A stretch of DNA of 54,130 nt, from contig JAABQW010000111.1 of the NCBI GenBank assembly GCA_011391275.1, positions 1 through 54,130 on the forward strand, read 5' to 3'. A program made the position numbers and the translations under genes. Positions within the stretch are counted from its first letter, which is position 1. Each line of letters starts with the position of its first letter. The notes beneath the pieces are model-generated. The model was not told where the DNA came from, searched no databases, and saw only the letters and a program-made list of their open reading frames with translations. Source of the stretch: Betaproteobacteria bacterium. Its GTDB lineage: Bacteria; Pseudomonadota; Gammaproteobacteria; Burkholderiales; Usitatibacteraceae. Below, piece after piece: positions 16,252 through 25,765 of the stretch.

Positions 16252-17264
16252 CGGGGCGTGGTGATGTAGGGCAGGCGGATCGTCACTTCGTAGCTCCGCC
16301 CCTCCACTCGCGAGCGCATGCTCGCCTCGGCGTCGAAGTGCAGCTGCAGGCGCTCGCGGATGTTGGCGAGCGCCATCCGGTTGCCCGAGTGGCGGTCCCC
16401 GTCGGGATGGAAGGGGTTGGTGAGGCGGATGAGGATCTCCTCGCCCTCGCGGGAGACCTCGATCGCCACCTCGCCGCCCTGGGCGAGGGGCTCGACCCCG
16501 TGGTAGACGGCGTTCTCCACCAGGGGCTGCAGCAGGAACGCCGGAACGAGGGCGTCCTGGGGAACGCCCTCGGTCCGCCAGGCCACGCGCAGCCGCTCCC
16601 CCAGCCGCAGCTCCTCGATGGCGAGGTACTGGCGGGCGATCCCGATCTCCTTCGCGATCGGCGTGAGCGAGCTGTTGTCGGCCATGAACACGCGGAAGAG
16701 GTCCGCCAGGTCCTCGAGCGCCCGCTCGGCGCGCCGCGGATCGGTGCGGATGAGCGACAGGACGGCGTTGATGCTGTTGAAGAGGAAGTGCGGGCGGATG
16801 CGCGCCTGCAGCGCCTCGATGCGCGCCTGCGCGATGGCGGGCGACTGCGCGCGCGCGCGCAGGTCGAAGTAGGCGAGGATCACGCCGGCCACGAAGAGGA
16901 CGAAGAATGCCTGGCGGCCGAAATGCCCCGGCGACTGGTCGGGAAAGATCGCCCCGAAGACCGCCCCCCAGCCCCAGGCGAGCGCCAGTTCCAGGGCCGC
17001 CACGGCGGCCAGCGCCACGGCGTAGGGCAACGCGTGCAGGAACCGGCGCCCCGCGCACAGCAGGATGAGGGAAACGATCAGGACCGGCTCGGCGATCGCG
17101 GCGCCGGCGAGGAACTGCCCGGCCACGTCCGCGGCCTGCCGCGAGCCCGCCACCGCCGCGGCCAGCACGAAGAGGTTGGCGATGACGAGCACGCGAAGCA
17201 TCACCCCCAGGTTGCAGAAGTTCGGCAACCGGATGCCCGCACCCGTCTGATTTATACTCGGCAC
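16248..17264 (-). CDS. algZ: LytS-family sensor histidine kinase (FimS/AlgZ-like)
   Basis: TM-rich N-terminus; His_kinase motif [12 protein letters not shown]; HATPase region [13 protein letters not shown]. It is divergent from argH, as in Pseudomonas. The start is uncertain: GTG at 17264 is preferred because it keeps the conserved LPNFCNL segment, with TTG at 17228 and ATG at 17201 as alternatives. Confidence 0.8.
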   Translation of the reverse strand: MPSINQTGAGIRLPNFCNLGVMLRVLVIANLFVLAAAVAGSRQAADVAGQFLAGAAIAEPVLIVSLILLCAGRRFLHALPYAVALAAVAALELALAWGWGAVFGAIFPDQSPGHFGRQAFFVLFVAGVILAYFDLRARAQSPAIAQARIEALQARIRPHFLFNSINAVLSLIRTDPRRAERALEDLADLFRVFMADNSSLTPIAKEIGIARQYLAIEELRLGERLRVAWRTEGVPQDALVPAFLLQPLVENAVYHGVEPLAQGGEVAIEVSREGEEILIRLTNPFHPDGDRHSGNRMALANIRERLQLHFDAEASMRSRVEGRSYEVTIRLPYITTPR

Positions 17265-17294
17265 GCTGCCATTCTTCCCGACGCCGCCGACTCC

Positions 17295-18701
17295 ATGCAA
17301 CACGAAGATTCCGAAAACGGCGCGCAGGCGCCCGCCAAGGCCTGGTCCGGCCGCTTCGCCGAGCCCGCCGACCGGCTCATGCAGCGCTACACCGCCTCCG
17401 TCTCCTTCGACCAGCGCCTCGCCGAGTTCGACATCCGCGGGTCGCTGGCCCACGCGCGCATGCTGGCGCGCTGCGGCATCCTCCCGCCTGGCGACCTCGA
17501 GGCCATCGAGCGCGGGATGGCGCAGGTCGCCTCCGAGATCCGGGAGGGGCGCTTCGAGTGGTCGGTCGCGCGCGAGGACGTCCACCTGAACATCGAGCAC
17601 CGGCTGACCGAGCTGGTGGGCGACGCCGGCAAGCGCCTGCACACCGCCCGGTCGCGCAACGACCAGGTGGCCACCGACATCCGCCTCTGGCTGCGCGAGG
17701 AGATCGACGGCCTCCTCGCCCGCCTGCGCGCGGTTCGCGAGCGCCTGCTCGACCTGGCCGAGCCCAACGCCGCCACCGTGATGCCCGGTTTCACGCACAT
17801 GCAGGTCGCCCAGCCGGTGACCTTCGGGCACCACCTGATGGCCTACTTCGAGATGTTCACGCGCGACGCGGACCGCCTGGCGGACTGCCGCCGGCGGGTC
17901 AACCGCCTGCCGCTGGGGGCCGCGGCGCTGGCCGGGACGAGCTTCCCCATCGACCGCGAGTCGGTCGCGGCGGAGCTGGGTTTCGACGGCGTGTGCGAGA
18001 ACTCGCTGGATGCCGTCTCGGACCGGGACTTCGCCATCGAATTCCTGGCCGCCGGGGCGCTCGCCATGGCCCACGTGTCGCGCCTGTCGGAGGAGCTGGT
18101 GCTGTGGATGAACCCGCGATTCGGGTTCGTGGACATCGCCGACCGCTTCTGCACGGGCTCGTCGATCATGCCGCAGAAGAAGAACCCGGACGTCCCCGAG
18201 CTCATGCGCGGGAAGTCGGGGCGCGTCTTCGGCGCCCTGGTCGCCCTCCTCACCCTGGTCAAGGGCCAGCCGCTCGCCTACAACAAGGACAACCAGGAGG
18301 ACAAGGAGCCGCTCTTCGACGCCGCCGACACGCTCGCCGACACGTTCACGCTGCTGGCGGAGCTGCTGGGCGGCGTCACGGCGCGGCCGGACCGGATGCG
18401 CGCGGCGCTGGACGAGGGCTTCGCCACGGCGACCGACCTGGCCGACTACCTCGTCCGCAAGGGGGTGCCCTTCCGCGACGCCCACGAGATCGTCGCCCGC
18501 GCCGTGCGCGAGGCGGAACTTGCCGGCCGCGACCTGGCCGGGCTGCCCCTGGAGAGGCTCCAGGCGTTCTCGCCCCGCATCGAGGCCGACGTCTTCGGCG
18601 TGCTCACGCCGGAGGGATCGGTGGCCGCCCGCCGACACACCGGCGGAACGGCCCCGGAGGCCGTTCGCGCCGCGATCGCCCGGGCACGGGCGCGGCTCTA
18701 G
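17295..18701 (+). CDS. argH: Argininosuccinate lyase
   Basis: [41 protein letters not shown]…[16 protein letters not shown] (fumarate-lyase signature). Confidence 0.96.
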   Translation: MQHEDSENGAQAPAKAWSGRFAEPADRLMQRYTASVSFDQRLAEFDIRGSLAHARMLARCGILPPGDLEAIERGMAQVASEIREGRFEWSVAREDVHLNIEHRLTELVGDAGKRLHTARSRNDQVATDIRLWLREEIDGLLARLRAVRERLLDLAEPNAATVMPGFTHMQVAQPVTFGHHLMAYFEMFTRDADRLADCRRRVNRLPLGAAALAGTSFPIDRESVAAELGFDGVCENSLDAVSDRDFAIEFLAAGALAMAHVSRLSEELVLWMNPRFGFVDIADRFCTGSSIMPQKKNPDVPELMRGKSGRVFGALVALLTLVKGQPLAYNKDNQEDKEPLFDAADTLADTFTLLAELLGGVTARPDRMRAALDEGFATATDLADYLVRKGVPFRDAHEIVARAVREAELAGRDLAGLPLERLQAFSPRIEADVFGVLTPEGSVAARRHTGGTAPEAVRAAIARARARL

Positions 18702-18714
18702 GCGCCGCCCGCCC

Positions 18715-19296
18715 CTACTCGCTCTCCGGCTTCGCCTCGTACAGCCAGCACAGGCGCCGCGTCTCCGGCCCGGAGAGGCGGTCGCCCATCAGCCCGCACC
18801 GGGAGATGCGCTGCGAGAGCTTCTGGCAGTGCGTGCAGTCGGTGCACTCGCCGAACATGGCCCCCTCGTTGTCCTCCTGGAAGGTGGCGAGCGTCTCGCG
18901 CAGGGCGGACGTGGCGTTGCGGATGCGGTTGGGGCTGATGTTGCGCGTCGCGTTCTGCCAGGCGAGCGCCGGCTGGGCCTCGTAGAGCAGCTGCTCGCCG
19001 GCGGTGGACAGGCGAAGGCGCACGACGCGACGGTCCACGTCGTCCTGGTAGCGCTCGATGAGGCCCCGGCGATCCAGGATGAGGAGCGTCTGGGAGACCG
19101 TTCCCTTGGTGAGGCCGAGGTAGGCGGCCAGGGCCTGCGGCGTGTTGGAATAGCGGTTGGACTTGCTGAGATAGACGAGCGAGTGCAGGTGGACCGGCTG
19201 CAGGTTCTCGTCGGATCCCGCCTTGCGCAGCTCCGCCCGCATGAGGTTGGCCAGCCGCTCCACCAGCTCCAGAAGCACCAGCGGGTTCTTGTCCAA
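18715..19296 (-). CDS. MarR-family transcriptional regulator with Cys-rich C-terminal extension
   Basis: Winged-HTH core (LGLTKGTVSQTLLILDRRGLIERYQDDVDRRVVRLRLS). The C-terminal tail carries C-x2-C-x2-C-x9-C-x15-C. Confidence 0.85.
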   Translation of the reverse strand: MDKNPLVLLELVERLANLMRAELRKAGSDENLQPVHLHSLVYLSKSNRYSNTPQALAAYLGLTKGTVSQTLLILDRRGLIERYQDDVDRRVVRLRLSTAGEQLLYEAQPALAWQNATRNISPNRIRNATSALRETLATFQEDNEGAMFGECTDCTHCQKLSQRISRCGLMGDRLSGPETRRLCWLYEAKPESE

Positions 19297-19379
19297 GATC
19301 TCCCTTCCCGCGCTCTCCGCGCACCCAATTAGTATCGGGTCGACACCTGAATGTCAAGGAAATGCGCGGGCGACTTTTC

Positions 19380-19394
19380 GTATCGAATCGATAC
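19380..19394. repeat. Perfect palindrome GTATCGA-A-TCGATAC, copy 1
   Basis: The exact 15-mer recurs at 21170..21184. This copy lies 84 bp upstream of the MarR start codon and 34 nt beyond the cyaY stop. Confidence 0.6.
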
Positions 19395-19427
19395 CTTCCC
19401 CGGAAACGGGGTCCCGCGGGCGCTAAA

Positions 19428-19739
19428 TCAGCCGAAGTGCAGGCTTTCGCCCGCCTGCTCGCCCGCGATTCTCGAGAGGGAAGCGAAGAGCTCGGCGCCC
19501 GAGCGCGTGTCGCGCCACGCGCCGTCCTTCCAGGCGAAGTGGAAGCCGCCCGAGCGCGCGGCCACCCAGATCTCGCGGTTGGGCGTCTGGCGGTTGACGA
19601 TGATGCGGGTTCCGTCCGGGCACTCGACGGTGAGGATGCCGGCCTCGAGGTCCGCGTCGAGGCCCTCGGAGGCCTCGGCGGCGCGCTCGACGCGGGCGAG
19701 GATCTCGTCGACCGCGCGGTGGAATTCGCTCTCGTTCAT
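19428..19739 (-). CDS. cyaY: Iron-sulfur cluster assembly protein CyaY (frataxin homologue)
   Basis: MNESEFHRAVDEILARVE…GILTVECPDGTRIIVNRQTPNREIWVAARSGGFHF. The ATG at 19739 was verified on the complement. Confidence 0.9.
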   Translation of the reverse strand: MNESEFHRAVDEILARVERAAEASEGLDADLEAGILTVECPDGTRIIVNRQTPNREIWVAARSGGFHFAWKDGAWRDTRSGAELFASLSRIAGEQAGESLHFG

Positions 19740-19772
19740 GGGCGCTCGAAGGGCTGTGCTACGCTTTCGCGC

Positions 19773-19886
19773 ATGATACGCGCACTCGCCTGGATCGCGC
19801 TCGCGGCGGCCCTCGCCGCCTGCGGCCAGAAGGGCCCGCTCAAGCTTCCCGAGCCGCCGAAAGCCCCTGCCCCGGACACCCGATGA
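19773..19886 (+). CDS. lptM: Small lipoprotein LptM (YifL family)
   Basis: The 37-aa ORF MIRALAWIALAAALAACGQKGPLKLP has a lipobox (LAAC) plus the conserved GQKGPL motif. It sits between cyaY and a DAP-pathway gene, as yifL does in E. coli, and shows ATGA overlap with lysA. Confidence 0.7.
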   Translation: MIRALAWIALAAALAACGQKGPLKLPEPPKAPAPDTR

Positions 19887-21130
19887 GCGCGATCCGGCGC
19901 ATCGACGGCGAGCTGTGGATGGAGGGCGTGCGCCTGGCGGAGGTGGCGGCGCGCTTCGGCACGCCCTGCTACGTCTACTCGCGGGCCGCGATCGAGACGG
20001 CCTGGCGCGCCTTCGACGACGCACTCGCGGGCACCGACCACCTCGTCTGCTACGCGGTCAAGGCGAACTCGAACCTGGCGGTGCTGGGCCTGCTCGCGCG
20101 CCTCGGCTCCGGGTTCGACATCGTCTCCGGCGGGGAGCTCGCGCGCGTGCTGGCCGCCGGCGGGCGCGCCGACCGGATCATCTTCTCGGGCGTGGGCAAG
20201 AGCGAGGAGGAGATGCGCGCCGCGCTCTCGGCCGGCATCCGCTGCTTCAACGTGGAGAGCGAGCCGGAGCTGGAGCGCCTCGACGCGGTGGCGCGCGCCA
20301 TGGGGGTCCGCGCCCCCGTGTCCCTGCGCGTGAACCCCGACGTCGACGCGCGCACCCACCCCTACATCTCCACCGGCCTCAAGGGCAACAAGTTCGGCAT
20401 CGCGCACGACCGGGCGCTCGCCGCCTACGAGCTGGCCGCGCGCCTGCCGAACCTGCGGGTGACGGGGATCGACTGCCACATCGGCTCGCAGATCCTCGAC
20501 ATGGCCCCCCTCGAGGAGGCGCTCGAGCGCGTGCTGGAGCTCGCCGCCGCGGTCGTCGCCCGCGGCATCCCCATCGCCCACGTCGACGTGGGCGGCGGGC
20601 TCGGCATCCGCTACCGCGAGGAGGAGACGGCCCTCGACATCGGGCGCTGGTGCGCCGCGGTGGCCGCGCGGCTGGCGGGGAGCGGCTACTCGCTGGTGCT
20701 GGAGCCGGGCCGCGCCATCGTCGGCAACGCCGGCGCCCTGCTGTCCCGCGTCGAGTACCTGAAGCTCGACAAGGACAAGCGCTTCGCCATCCTGGACGCC
20801 TCGATGAGCGAGCTCATCCGCCCGGCCCTCTACGACGCGTGGCACGAGATCGTGCCGCTTGCCGCGCTCGACCGGCCGGAGGCGCTCTACGACGTGGTCG
20901 GCCCGGTGTGCGAGTCCTCCGACGTGCTCGGCACCGACCGGCTCCTGGCCATCGCGCCCGGCGACGGCATCGCCATCCTCTCGGCCGGCGCGTACGGCAT
21001 GGTGATGAGCTCCAACTACAACTCCCGCCCGCGGCCGGCGGAGGTGATGGTGGACGGCGCGCGCGCCGTGCAGGTGCGCGAGAGAGAGACGACCGGCTCC
21101 CTCTTCGCGGGCGAATCGACGCTCGACTGA
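19883..21130 (+). CDS. lysA: Diaminopimelate decarboxylase
   Basis: Full-length PLP-dependent Orn/DAP/Arg decarboxylase (YAVKANSNLAVL…, EPGRAIVGNAG, CESSD). Confidence 0.95.
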   Translation: MSAIRRIDGELWMEGVRLAEVAARFGTPCYVYSRAAIETAWRAFDDALAGTDHLVCYAVKANSNLAVLGLLARLGSGFDIVSGGELARVLAAGGRADRIIFSGVGKSEEEMRAALSAGIRCFNVESEPELERLDAVARAMGVRAPVSLRVNPDVDARTHPYISTGLKGNKFGIAHDRALAAYELAARLPNLRVTGIDCHIGSQILDMAPLEEALERVLELAAAVVARGIPIAHVDVGGGLGIRYREEETALDIGRWCAAVAARLAGSGYSLVLEPGRAIVGNAGALLSRVEYLKLDKDKRFAILDASMSELIRPALYDAWHEIVPLAALDRPEALYDVVGPVCESSDVLGTDRLLAIAPGDGIAILSAGAYGMVMSSNYNSRPRPAEVMVDGARAVQVRERETTGSLFAGESTLD

Positions 21131-21169
21131 GCGCGGCGGCGGAAAACGCCGGAATTCGACCCCTCGATG

Positions 21170-21184
21170 GTATCGAATCGATAC
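21170..21184. repeat. Perfect palindrome GTATCGA-A-TCGATAC, copy 2 (extended here to GGTATCGAATCGATACC)
   Basis: Identical to 19380..19394. It lies 40 nt after the lysA stop, upstream of the lysA terminator-like hairpin. Confidence 0.6.
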
Positions 21185-21233
21185 CGTTCAGCGATCAGTT
21201 CGATCAAATAGTCGCGCTTGACACGGTCCCAAA

Positions 21234-21253
21234 CCGCGGTTCGCGGATTTTTT
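21234..21253 (+). terminator. Probable rho-independent terminator of lptM-lysA
   Basis: CCGCG-gtt-CGCGG followed by ATTTTTT, about 100 nt after the lysA stop. The stem is only 5 bp. Confidence 0.5.
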
Positions 21254-21441
21254 CGCATATCATCCGCTCCACCAAGCCGGTGCAATGAAGCTGCGCAAGC
21301 GGCCCGCGGCACCGGAAAGAGCCACCAGGCTTCACCGTTCGATCGAGAAATCCGGGCGCTTGGTAGTGGCGGGGCCAACGGCGGAAACGCCGCCCGACAC
21401 GCGAGAGACACTTCGGTCCAACAATCGAAAGGAGCAAGACG

Positions 21442-21783
21442 ATGGCAACCGCGAAGAAGAAACCTGCTGCAAAGAAGAAGGCCGCCAAGAAACCGGCCGC
21501 GAAGAAGAAGGTCACCAAGAAGCCTGCGGCGAAGAAGAAGCCCGCTGCGAAGAAGAAGCCCGCCGCCAAGAAGAAGCCCGCCGCCAAGAAGAAGGCTGCG
21601 AAAAAGAAGGTAGCGAAGAAGAAGCCCGCGGCCAAGAAGAAGAAGGCTGCGAAGAAGCCGGCCAAGAAAGCCAAGAAGAAGCCAGCGAAAAAGAAGGCGG
21701 CGAAGAAGCCCGCGGCCCCCGCGAAGCCCATGGCTCCCGCGGTCACCCCGGTCATCACCCCGCTGATCAAGCCGATGAGCTGA
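21442..21783 (+). CDS. Histone H1-like Lys/Ala/Pro-rich nucleoid protein
   Basis: MATAKKKPAAKKKAAKKPAAKKKVTKKPAAKKKPAAKKK… Strong RBS AAGGAG upstream. Low-complexity KKKPAA repeats as in bacterial H1-like/AlgP-type proteins. Confidence 0.8.
   Translation: MATAKKKPAAKKKAAKKPAAKKKVTKKPAAKKKPAAKKKPAAKKKPAAKKKAAKKKVAKKKPAAKKKKAAKKPAKKAKKKPAKKKAAKKPAAPAKPMAPAVTPVITPLIKPMS
21451..21716 (+). repeat. Degenerate 18-bp tandem array encoding KKKPAA units
   Basis: Near-identical units gcg/gcc-aag-aag-aag-ccc-gcc are repeated, clearest at 21526-21600. Confidence 0.7.
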
Positions 21784-21927
21784 ACGCAAGCCCCAGGCTT
21801 GCGGGCCCTCGAGGCCTGAACCCGAATACGAGGCGCGACCCGACGGATCGGTTGCGCAAGCCGCCGGAGACGCCGTGCGGATCGCGCCTCGCAGACGGGT
21901 AGGTTTTCCCCAGAAGGCCTCACGCCG

Positions 21928-22461
21928 TCAGGCGCGGCCTTTTGTTTTTTCCGGCGCGAGCGCCCAGTCGGCCAGCGTCCGGTAGGTGCCCCCTCCCGGC
22001 ACCGACTCCACCAGCGCGAAGGAAGCCACCCGCCAGGCCACCGGATCGATCCTATCCGGCGCCAGGGGCGCGCGCGCGTGCCGCACCAGCGTGAGGTGCG
22101 CGGCGTATGGGCGGTCGTCCGGCGCGAACCCCGCATCCCGGATGTGCCGCTCCAGCTGCGCCTGCATCGCCACGAGCCTTTCCGGCGCCCGCTCGCACCC
22201 TGCCCACGCCACGCGGGCCCGGGTGAAGGCGCCCACCCGGTCGAGCGACAGGTCGAACGCCTCCGCGGCCACACGCTGCGCGGCGCAGGCGAGCGCCGGG
22301 ATCCGCCCGGGATCGACCTCGCCGAGGAACACGAGCGTGAGATGCAGCTTCGCCGCCGCCACGGGCCGCCCCCCCGTCCGCCGGTATACCTCCGCTGCCA
22401 GGCGCTCCAGCGAGACGCGAGCGGCGGCGTCGGGCCAGAGGGCGAAGAAGAGCCTTGCCAC
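21928..22461 (-). CDS. thpR: RNA 2',3'-cyclic phosphodiesterase (2H family, ThpR/LigT)
   Basis: Two HxTx motifs (HLTLVF, HLTLVR). GTG start at 22461 gives VARLFFALWP…, a typical family N-terminus. Confidence 0.85.
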   Translation of the reverse strand: MARLFFALWPDAAARVSLERLAAEVYRRTGGRPVAAAKLHLTLVFLGEVDPGRIPALACAAQRVAAEAFDLSLDRVGAFTRARVAWAGCERAPERLVAMQAQLERHIRDAGFAPDDRPYAAHLTLVRHARAPLAPDRIDPVAWRVASFALVESVPGGGTYRTLADWALAPEKTKGRA

Positions 22462-22469
22462 CCGCGCCC

Positions 22470-23921
22470 CTAGAGCAGGAAGACGGTGGCGAGGCCTAGG
22501 AAGATGAAGAACCCCATGCTGTCCGTCACGAAGGTGAGGAACACGCTCGAGCCGATCGCGGGGTCGCGCCCGAAGCGCTCCATCGCGAGCGGGATGAACA
22601 GCCCGGCCAACGCAGCGACCACGAGGTTGAGCATCATCGCGAGCGCCATCACGCCCCCGAGGGCGACGTTTCTGTAGAGAAGCCACGCCACGATCCCCAG
22701 GACGCTTCCCCAGATCGCGCCGTTGAGGGCGCTTATGCCGAGCTCCTTGGCGAGCAGGCGCCGGGCGTTGGCAGCGCTCACCTGGTCGAAGGCGAGCGCC
22801 CGGACGATGAGGGTGGCCGTCTGGTTCCCGGAGTTTCCGCCGATCCCGGCCACGATCGGCATCAGCGCCGCCAGCGCCGCCAGCTTCTCGATCGAGCCCT
22901 CGAAGGCGCCAACCACCCGGGAGGCGATCAGGGCGGTGCAGAGGTTGAGGGCAAGCCAGGGGCCGCGGTTCTTGGCCGACAGCCACACCGACGAGAAGAG
23001 GTCCTCCTCCTCCCGGAGGCCCACCTTGCCGAGCACCTGGGACTCCTGGCGCTCGCGCACGAAGTCGAGCACCGCGTCGACGGTGAGGCGCGCGATCACG
23101 CGGCCGTCGGCGGACACCACGGGCGCGCAGACCAGGTCGTAGCGCTCGAAGGCCTGCGCCGCCTCCTCCGCGTCGCTGTCGGGGGAGAACGACACCACGT
23201 TGCGTTCGATGAGGCTCGCGACCTCGTCGTCCGGGTCGCTCACCAGCAGGCGCTTCAGGGGCAGGATGCCGCGCAGGTGGTCGTCGCGGTCGACGACGAA
23301 GAGCGCGTCGGTCTGCCCGGGCAGCTCGTCGTAGCGGCGCAGGTAGCGCAGCGCCACCTCGCAAGTGACGTCCTCGCGGATGCTCACCACCTCGAAGTCC
23401 ATGAGCGCGCCGACGCTGCCCTCGGGGTAGGACAGGGCGGACTGCAGCTGCGCACGCTCGTGGACGTCCTGCGCCTCGATGATGTCCTGCACGACCTCGT
23501 CCGGCAGGTCGGAGGCGAGGTCCGCGATCTCGTCGGCGTCGAGGTTCTGGGCGGCGGCGACGATCTCCGCCGAGTCCATGTCGGCGAGCAGGGTGTCCCG
23601 GACGGCGTCGGAGACCTCGAGCAGGATCTCGCCGTCGCGGTCGCTGCGCACCAGCCCCCAGACGACCACGCGGTCCTCGAGCGGCAGGCCCTCGAGGATG
23701 AACGCCACGTCGGCCGGGTGCAGCCCGTCCAGCCGCCTCTGCAATTCGACGAGGTTGTGCTTGTGGACGATCGACTCGACGACCTCGTTCCTCGCGGCGT
23801 CCCCCTTCAGCTGGCGATGGACGAGATCCTCCACGAGCCGCTGCTTGGCGAGCAGCTTCGTCACCGCGTCGAGGTGATCCTGCGGGGTGGCGGAAGGGGG
23901 CTTTTCGGCGGAGAGCGGCAT
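22470..23921 (-). CDS. mgtE: Magnesium transporter MgtE
   Basis: MgtE_N, tandem CBS and the C-terminal TM domain (…PIVAGIGGNSGNQT…FVTDSMGFFIFLGLA). Confidence 0.95.
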   Translation of the reverse strand: MPLSAEKPPSATPQDHLDAVTKLLAKQRLVEDLVHRQLKGDAARNEVVESIVHKHNLVELQRRLDGLHPADVAFILEGLPLEDRVVVWGLVRSDRDGEILLEVSDAVRDTLLADMDSAEIVAAAQNLDADEIADLASDLPDEVVQDIIEAQDVHERAQLQSALSYPEGSVGALMDFEVVSIREDVTCEVALRYLRRYDELPGQTDALFVVDRDDHLRGILPLKRLLVSDPDDEVASLIERNVVSFSPDSDAEEAAQAFERYDLVCAPVVSADGRVIARLTVDAVLDFVRERQESQVLGKVGLREEEDLFSSVWLSAKNRGPWLALNLCTALIASRVVGAFEGSIEKLAALAALMPIVAGIGGNSGNQTATLIVRALAFDQVSAANARRLLAKELGISALNGAIWGSVLGIVAWLLYRNVALGGVMALAMMLNLVVAALAGLFIPLAMERFGRDPAIGSSVFLTFVTDSMGFFIFLGLATVFLL

Positions 23922-24031
23922 CGGGGAGTCGGTCGCATGCCCGGGCCGGCGTGCCCGGAAGGGACGCCGGTATTCTAGGCTGGCGGCCCGCGCCCCGTCC
24001 CGCCGGCGCGCGGATTATTTTCCCGGGCGGC

Positions 24032-24727
24032 TCAGGGAACCTCGGCCGCTCCCATGCGCTCGAGGATGATCCGGGTCTTGCGCTCGAGCCACGGCGTGCC
24101 GCGGTTTCGGTCGTAGAAGCGCGGGTTGGGCACCATCGCCGCGAGGCGGGCGGCCTGCGCGGGCGAAAGCGCGGCAGCGCTCGTGCCGAAGTAGTGGCGC
24201 GCGGCGGCCTCCGCCCCGAACACGCCGTCGCCCCACTCGATCACGTTGAGGTAGATCTCGAGGATGCGGCGCTTGTCCATGACGCCCTCCATCATCACCG
24301 TGATCATCGCCTCCTGGGCCTTGCGCCAGGGCGTGCGGCTTCCCGAGAGGAAAAGGTTCTTCGCGAGCTGCTGCGAGATCGTCGAGCCGCCGGCCACCAC
24401 CTTGCCGCGCTTCTGGTTCTTCTCCCAGGCCTTCTGCATCGCCTCCCAGTCGAAGCCCTCGTGGTCGGCGAACTTCGCGTCTTCCGCGGCCACGATCGCG
24501 CGCTTGAGGTTGCCGGAGATGCGCGCGTAGGGAACCCATTGGTGGCGCAGCTTCGCGCCGGGCTTCCTGTCGCGGATCCTCTCCAGGCGCTCGTCCATGA
24601 AGGCCGTCGACGCGGGGTCGTGCGAGCGCCACCACGCGAGGCGCGCGAGGATGGAGGCCTCGTAGGCGACGAAGGCCGCGGCCGCGACGATCGCGACCCA
24701 GCCCGCCCACCGCGCCAGCCGCCTCAC
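24032..24727 (-). CDS. mtgA: Monofunctional biosynthetic peptidoglycan transglycosylase
   Basis: AIVAAEDAKFADHEGFDW…GGSTISQQLAKNLFLS…RKAQEAMIT (GT51 motifs). Confidence 0.93.
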   Translation of the reverse strand: MRRLARWAGWVAIVAAAAFVAYEASILARLAWWRSHDPASTAFMDERLERIRDRKPGAKLRHQWVPYARISGNLKRAIVAAEDAKFADHEGFDWEAMQKAWEKNQKRGKVVAGGSTISQQLAKNLFLSGSRTPWRKAQEAMITVMMEGVMDKRRILEIYLNVIEWGDGVFGAEAAARHYFGTSAAALSPAQAARLAAMVPNPRFYDRNRGTPWLERKTRIILERMGAAEVP

Positions 24728-25530
24728 GCCGCGCGCAGGGCGGCGATCACGGCCGCCGTCTCCGGCCGTTTGCCCCGCCAGAGGAGGAACGACTCGGCCG
24801 CCTGCTCGACGAGCATCCCCAGGCCGTCGCTCGCGCGCGCCCCCGCCGCGCGCGCCCCCTCCAGGAACGGGAGCGCCGAGTCGCCGTAGGCCATGTCGTA
24901 GGCCGTGGCGCCGCGTGCGAAGAGGCCGCCGGGAAGTTCCAGCGGCTCGCCGCGCGTCGAGGCGGAAGTGGCGTTCACGACGAGGTCGAACCCCTCGCCC
25001 GTCGCCTCGAGGCCGGCGCCCTCGACGCGCCCGGCCGCGGCGAACGCATGCGCGAGCTCGCGGGCGCGCTCGCGCGTGCGGTTCGCGATGACGAGCATCG
25101 CCGGCGAAAGCGCGAGGAGCGGCGCCACCACCCCGCGCGCGGCGCCGCCGGCCCCGAGGAGCAGGATGCGCTTTCCTGCAAGCGCGAGCCCCAGGTTCGC
25201 CGTGAGGTCACGCACGAGCCCGGCACCGTCGGTGTTGTCCCCGAGGATGTCGCCACCCCGCATAACGAGCGTGTTCACCGCGCCCGCCTGCCCGGCCCGG
25301 GCCGTGCGCTCCTGCGCAAGCGCGAAGGCATCGACCTTGAACGGCAGGGTCACGTTGGCGCCGCGGCCGCCGGAAGCGAAGAACTCCCGCGCGGCACGCG
25401 CGAAGTCGCCCGGCTCGACGAGCAGGCGCTCGTAGGTGATCGACTCGCCCGTCTGGCGCGCGAAGCGCGCGTGGATTTCGGGCGACCGGGAATGCGCAAC
25501 GGGATTTCCGATGACGACGTAGCGATCCAT
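24724..25530 (-). CDS. aroE: Shikimate dehydrogenase
   Basis: MDRYVVIGNPVAHSRSPEIHARFARQTG…ANVTLPFK…NTDGAGLVRDL…LLGAGGAARG. The ATG at 25530 was verified. Confidence 0.93.
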   Translation of the reverse strand: MDRYVVIGNPVAHSRSPEIHARFARQTGESITYERLLVEPGDFARAAREFFASGGRGANVTLPFKVDAFALAQERTARAGQAGAVNTLVMRGGDILGDNTDGAGLVRDLTANLGLALAGKRILLLGAGGAARGVVAPLLALSPAMLVIANRTRERARELAHAFAAAGRVEGAGLEATGEGFDLVVNATSASTRGEPLELPGGLFARGATAYDMAYGDSALPFLEGARAAGARASDGLGMLVEQAAESFLLWRGKRPETAAVIAALRAA

Positions 25531-25658
25531 GGGTCCGGGGCGGCTCGTGGAGTTTCCGGGGACGCTTCGCGAGGCCCCGACGCCATGATAGCCGCCGCCG
25601 GCTGGCCGCCGTGATCGTATATATAGTGGAGCGCGGGCGAGGCGGCCTTTGGGCCGAT

Positions 25659-25728
25659 TGCACTTTCTTGGTGCGCGTGTAAGCTCGGCGCACCATGCGC
25701 GTGCATCGCAATGCGCCCTTGCGGTGCA
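25659..25728 (+). promoter_or_regulatory. Three NtrC-type enhancer sites upstream of glnA
   Basis: TGCACt-N5-GGTGCg (25659-75), cGCACC-N5-cGTGCA (25689-705) and TGCgCC-N5-GGTGCA (25712-28), compared with consensus TGCACC-N5-GGTGCA. Confidence 0.65.
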
Positions 25729-25765
25729 GGTCATTTATATTCAATGACTTGCAGGCGCTTTTGCG

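Noticed and set aside
16252-17058. The 334-aa track ORF 16054..17058(-) taken as a single gene
   Set aside because: Its upstream two-thirds overlap the histidine-kinase gene in another frame and translate to low-complexity Arg/Gly/Pro sequence. Only the part from the ATG at 16251 shows recognisable, chimeric similarity.
23922-24031. Possible Mg2+-sensing leader upstream of mgtE
   Set aside because: There is no recognisable M-box-like conserved core. The region is short and GC-rich and also serves as the 3' flank of mtgA.
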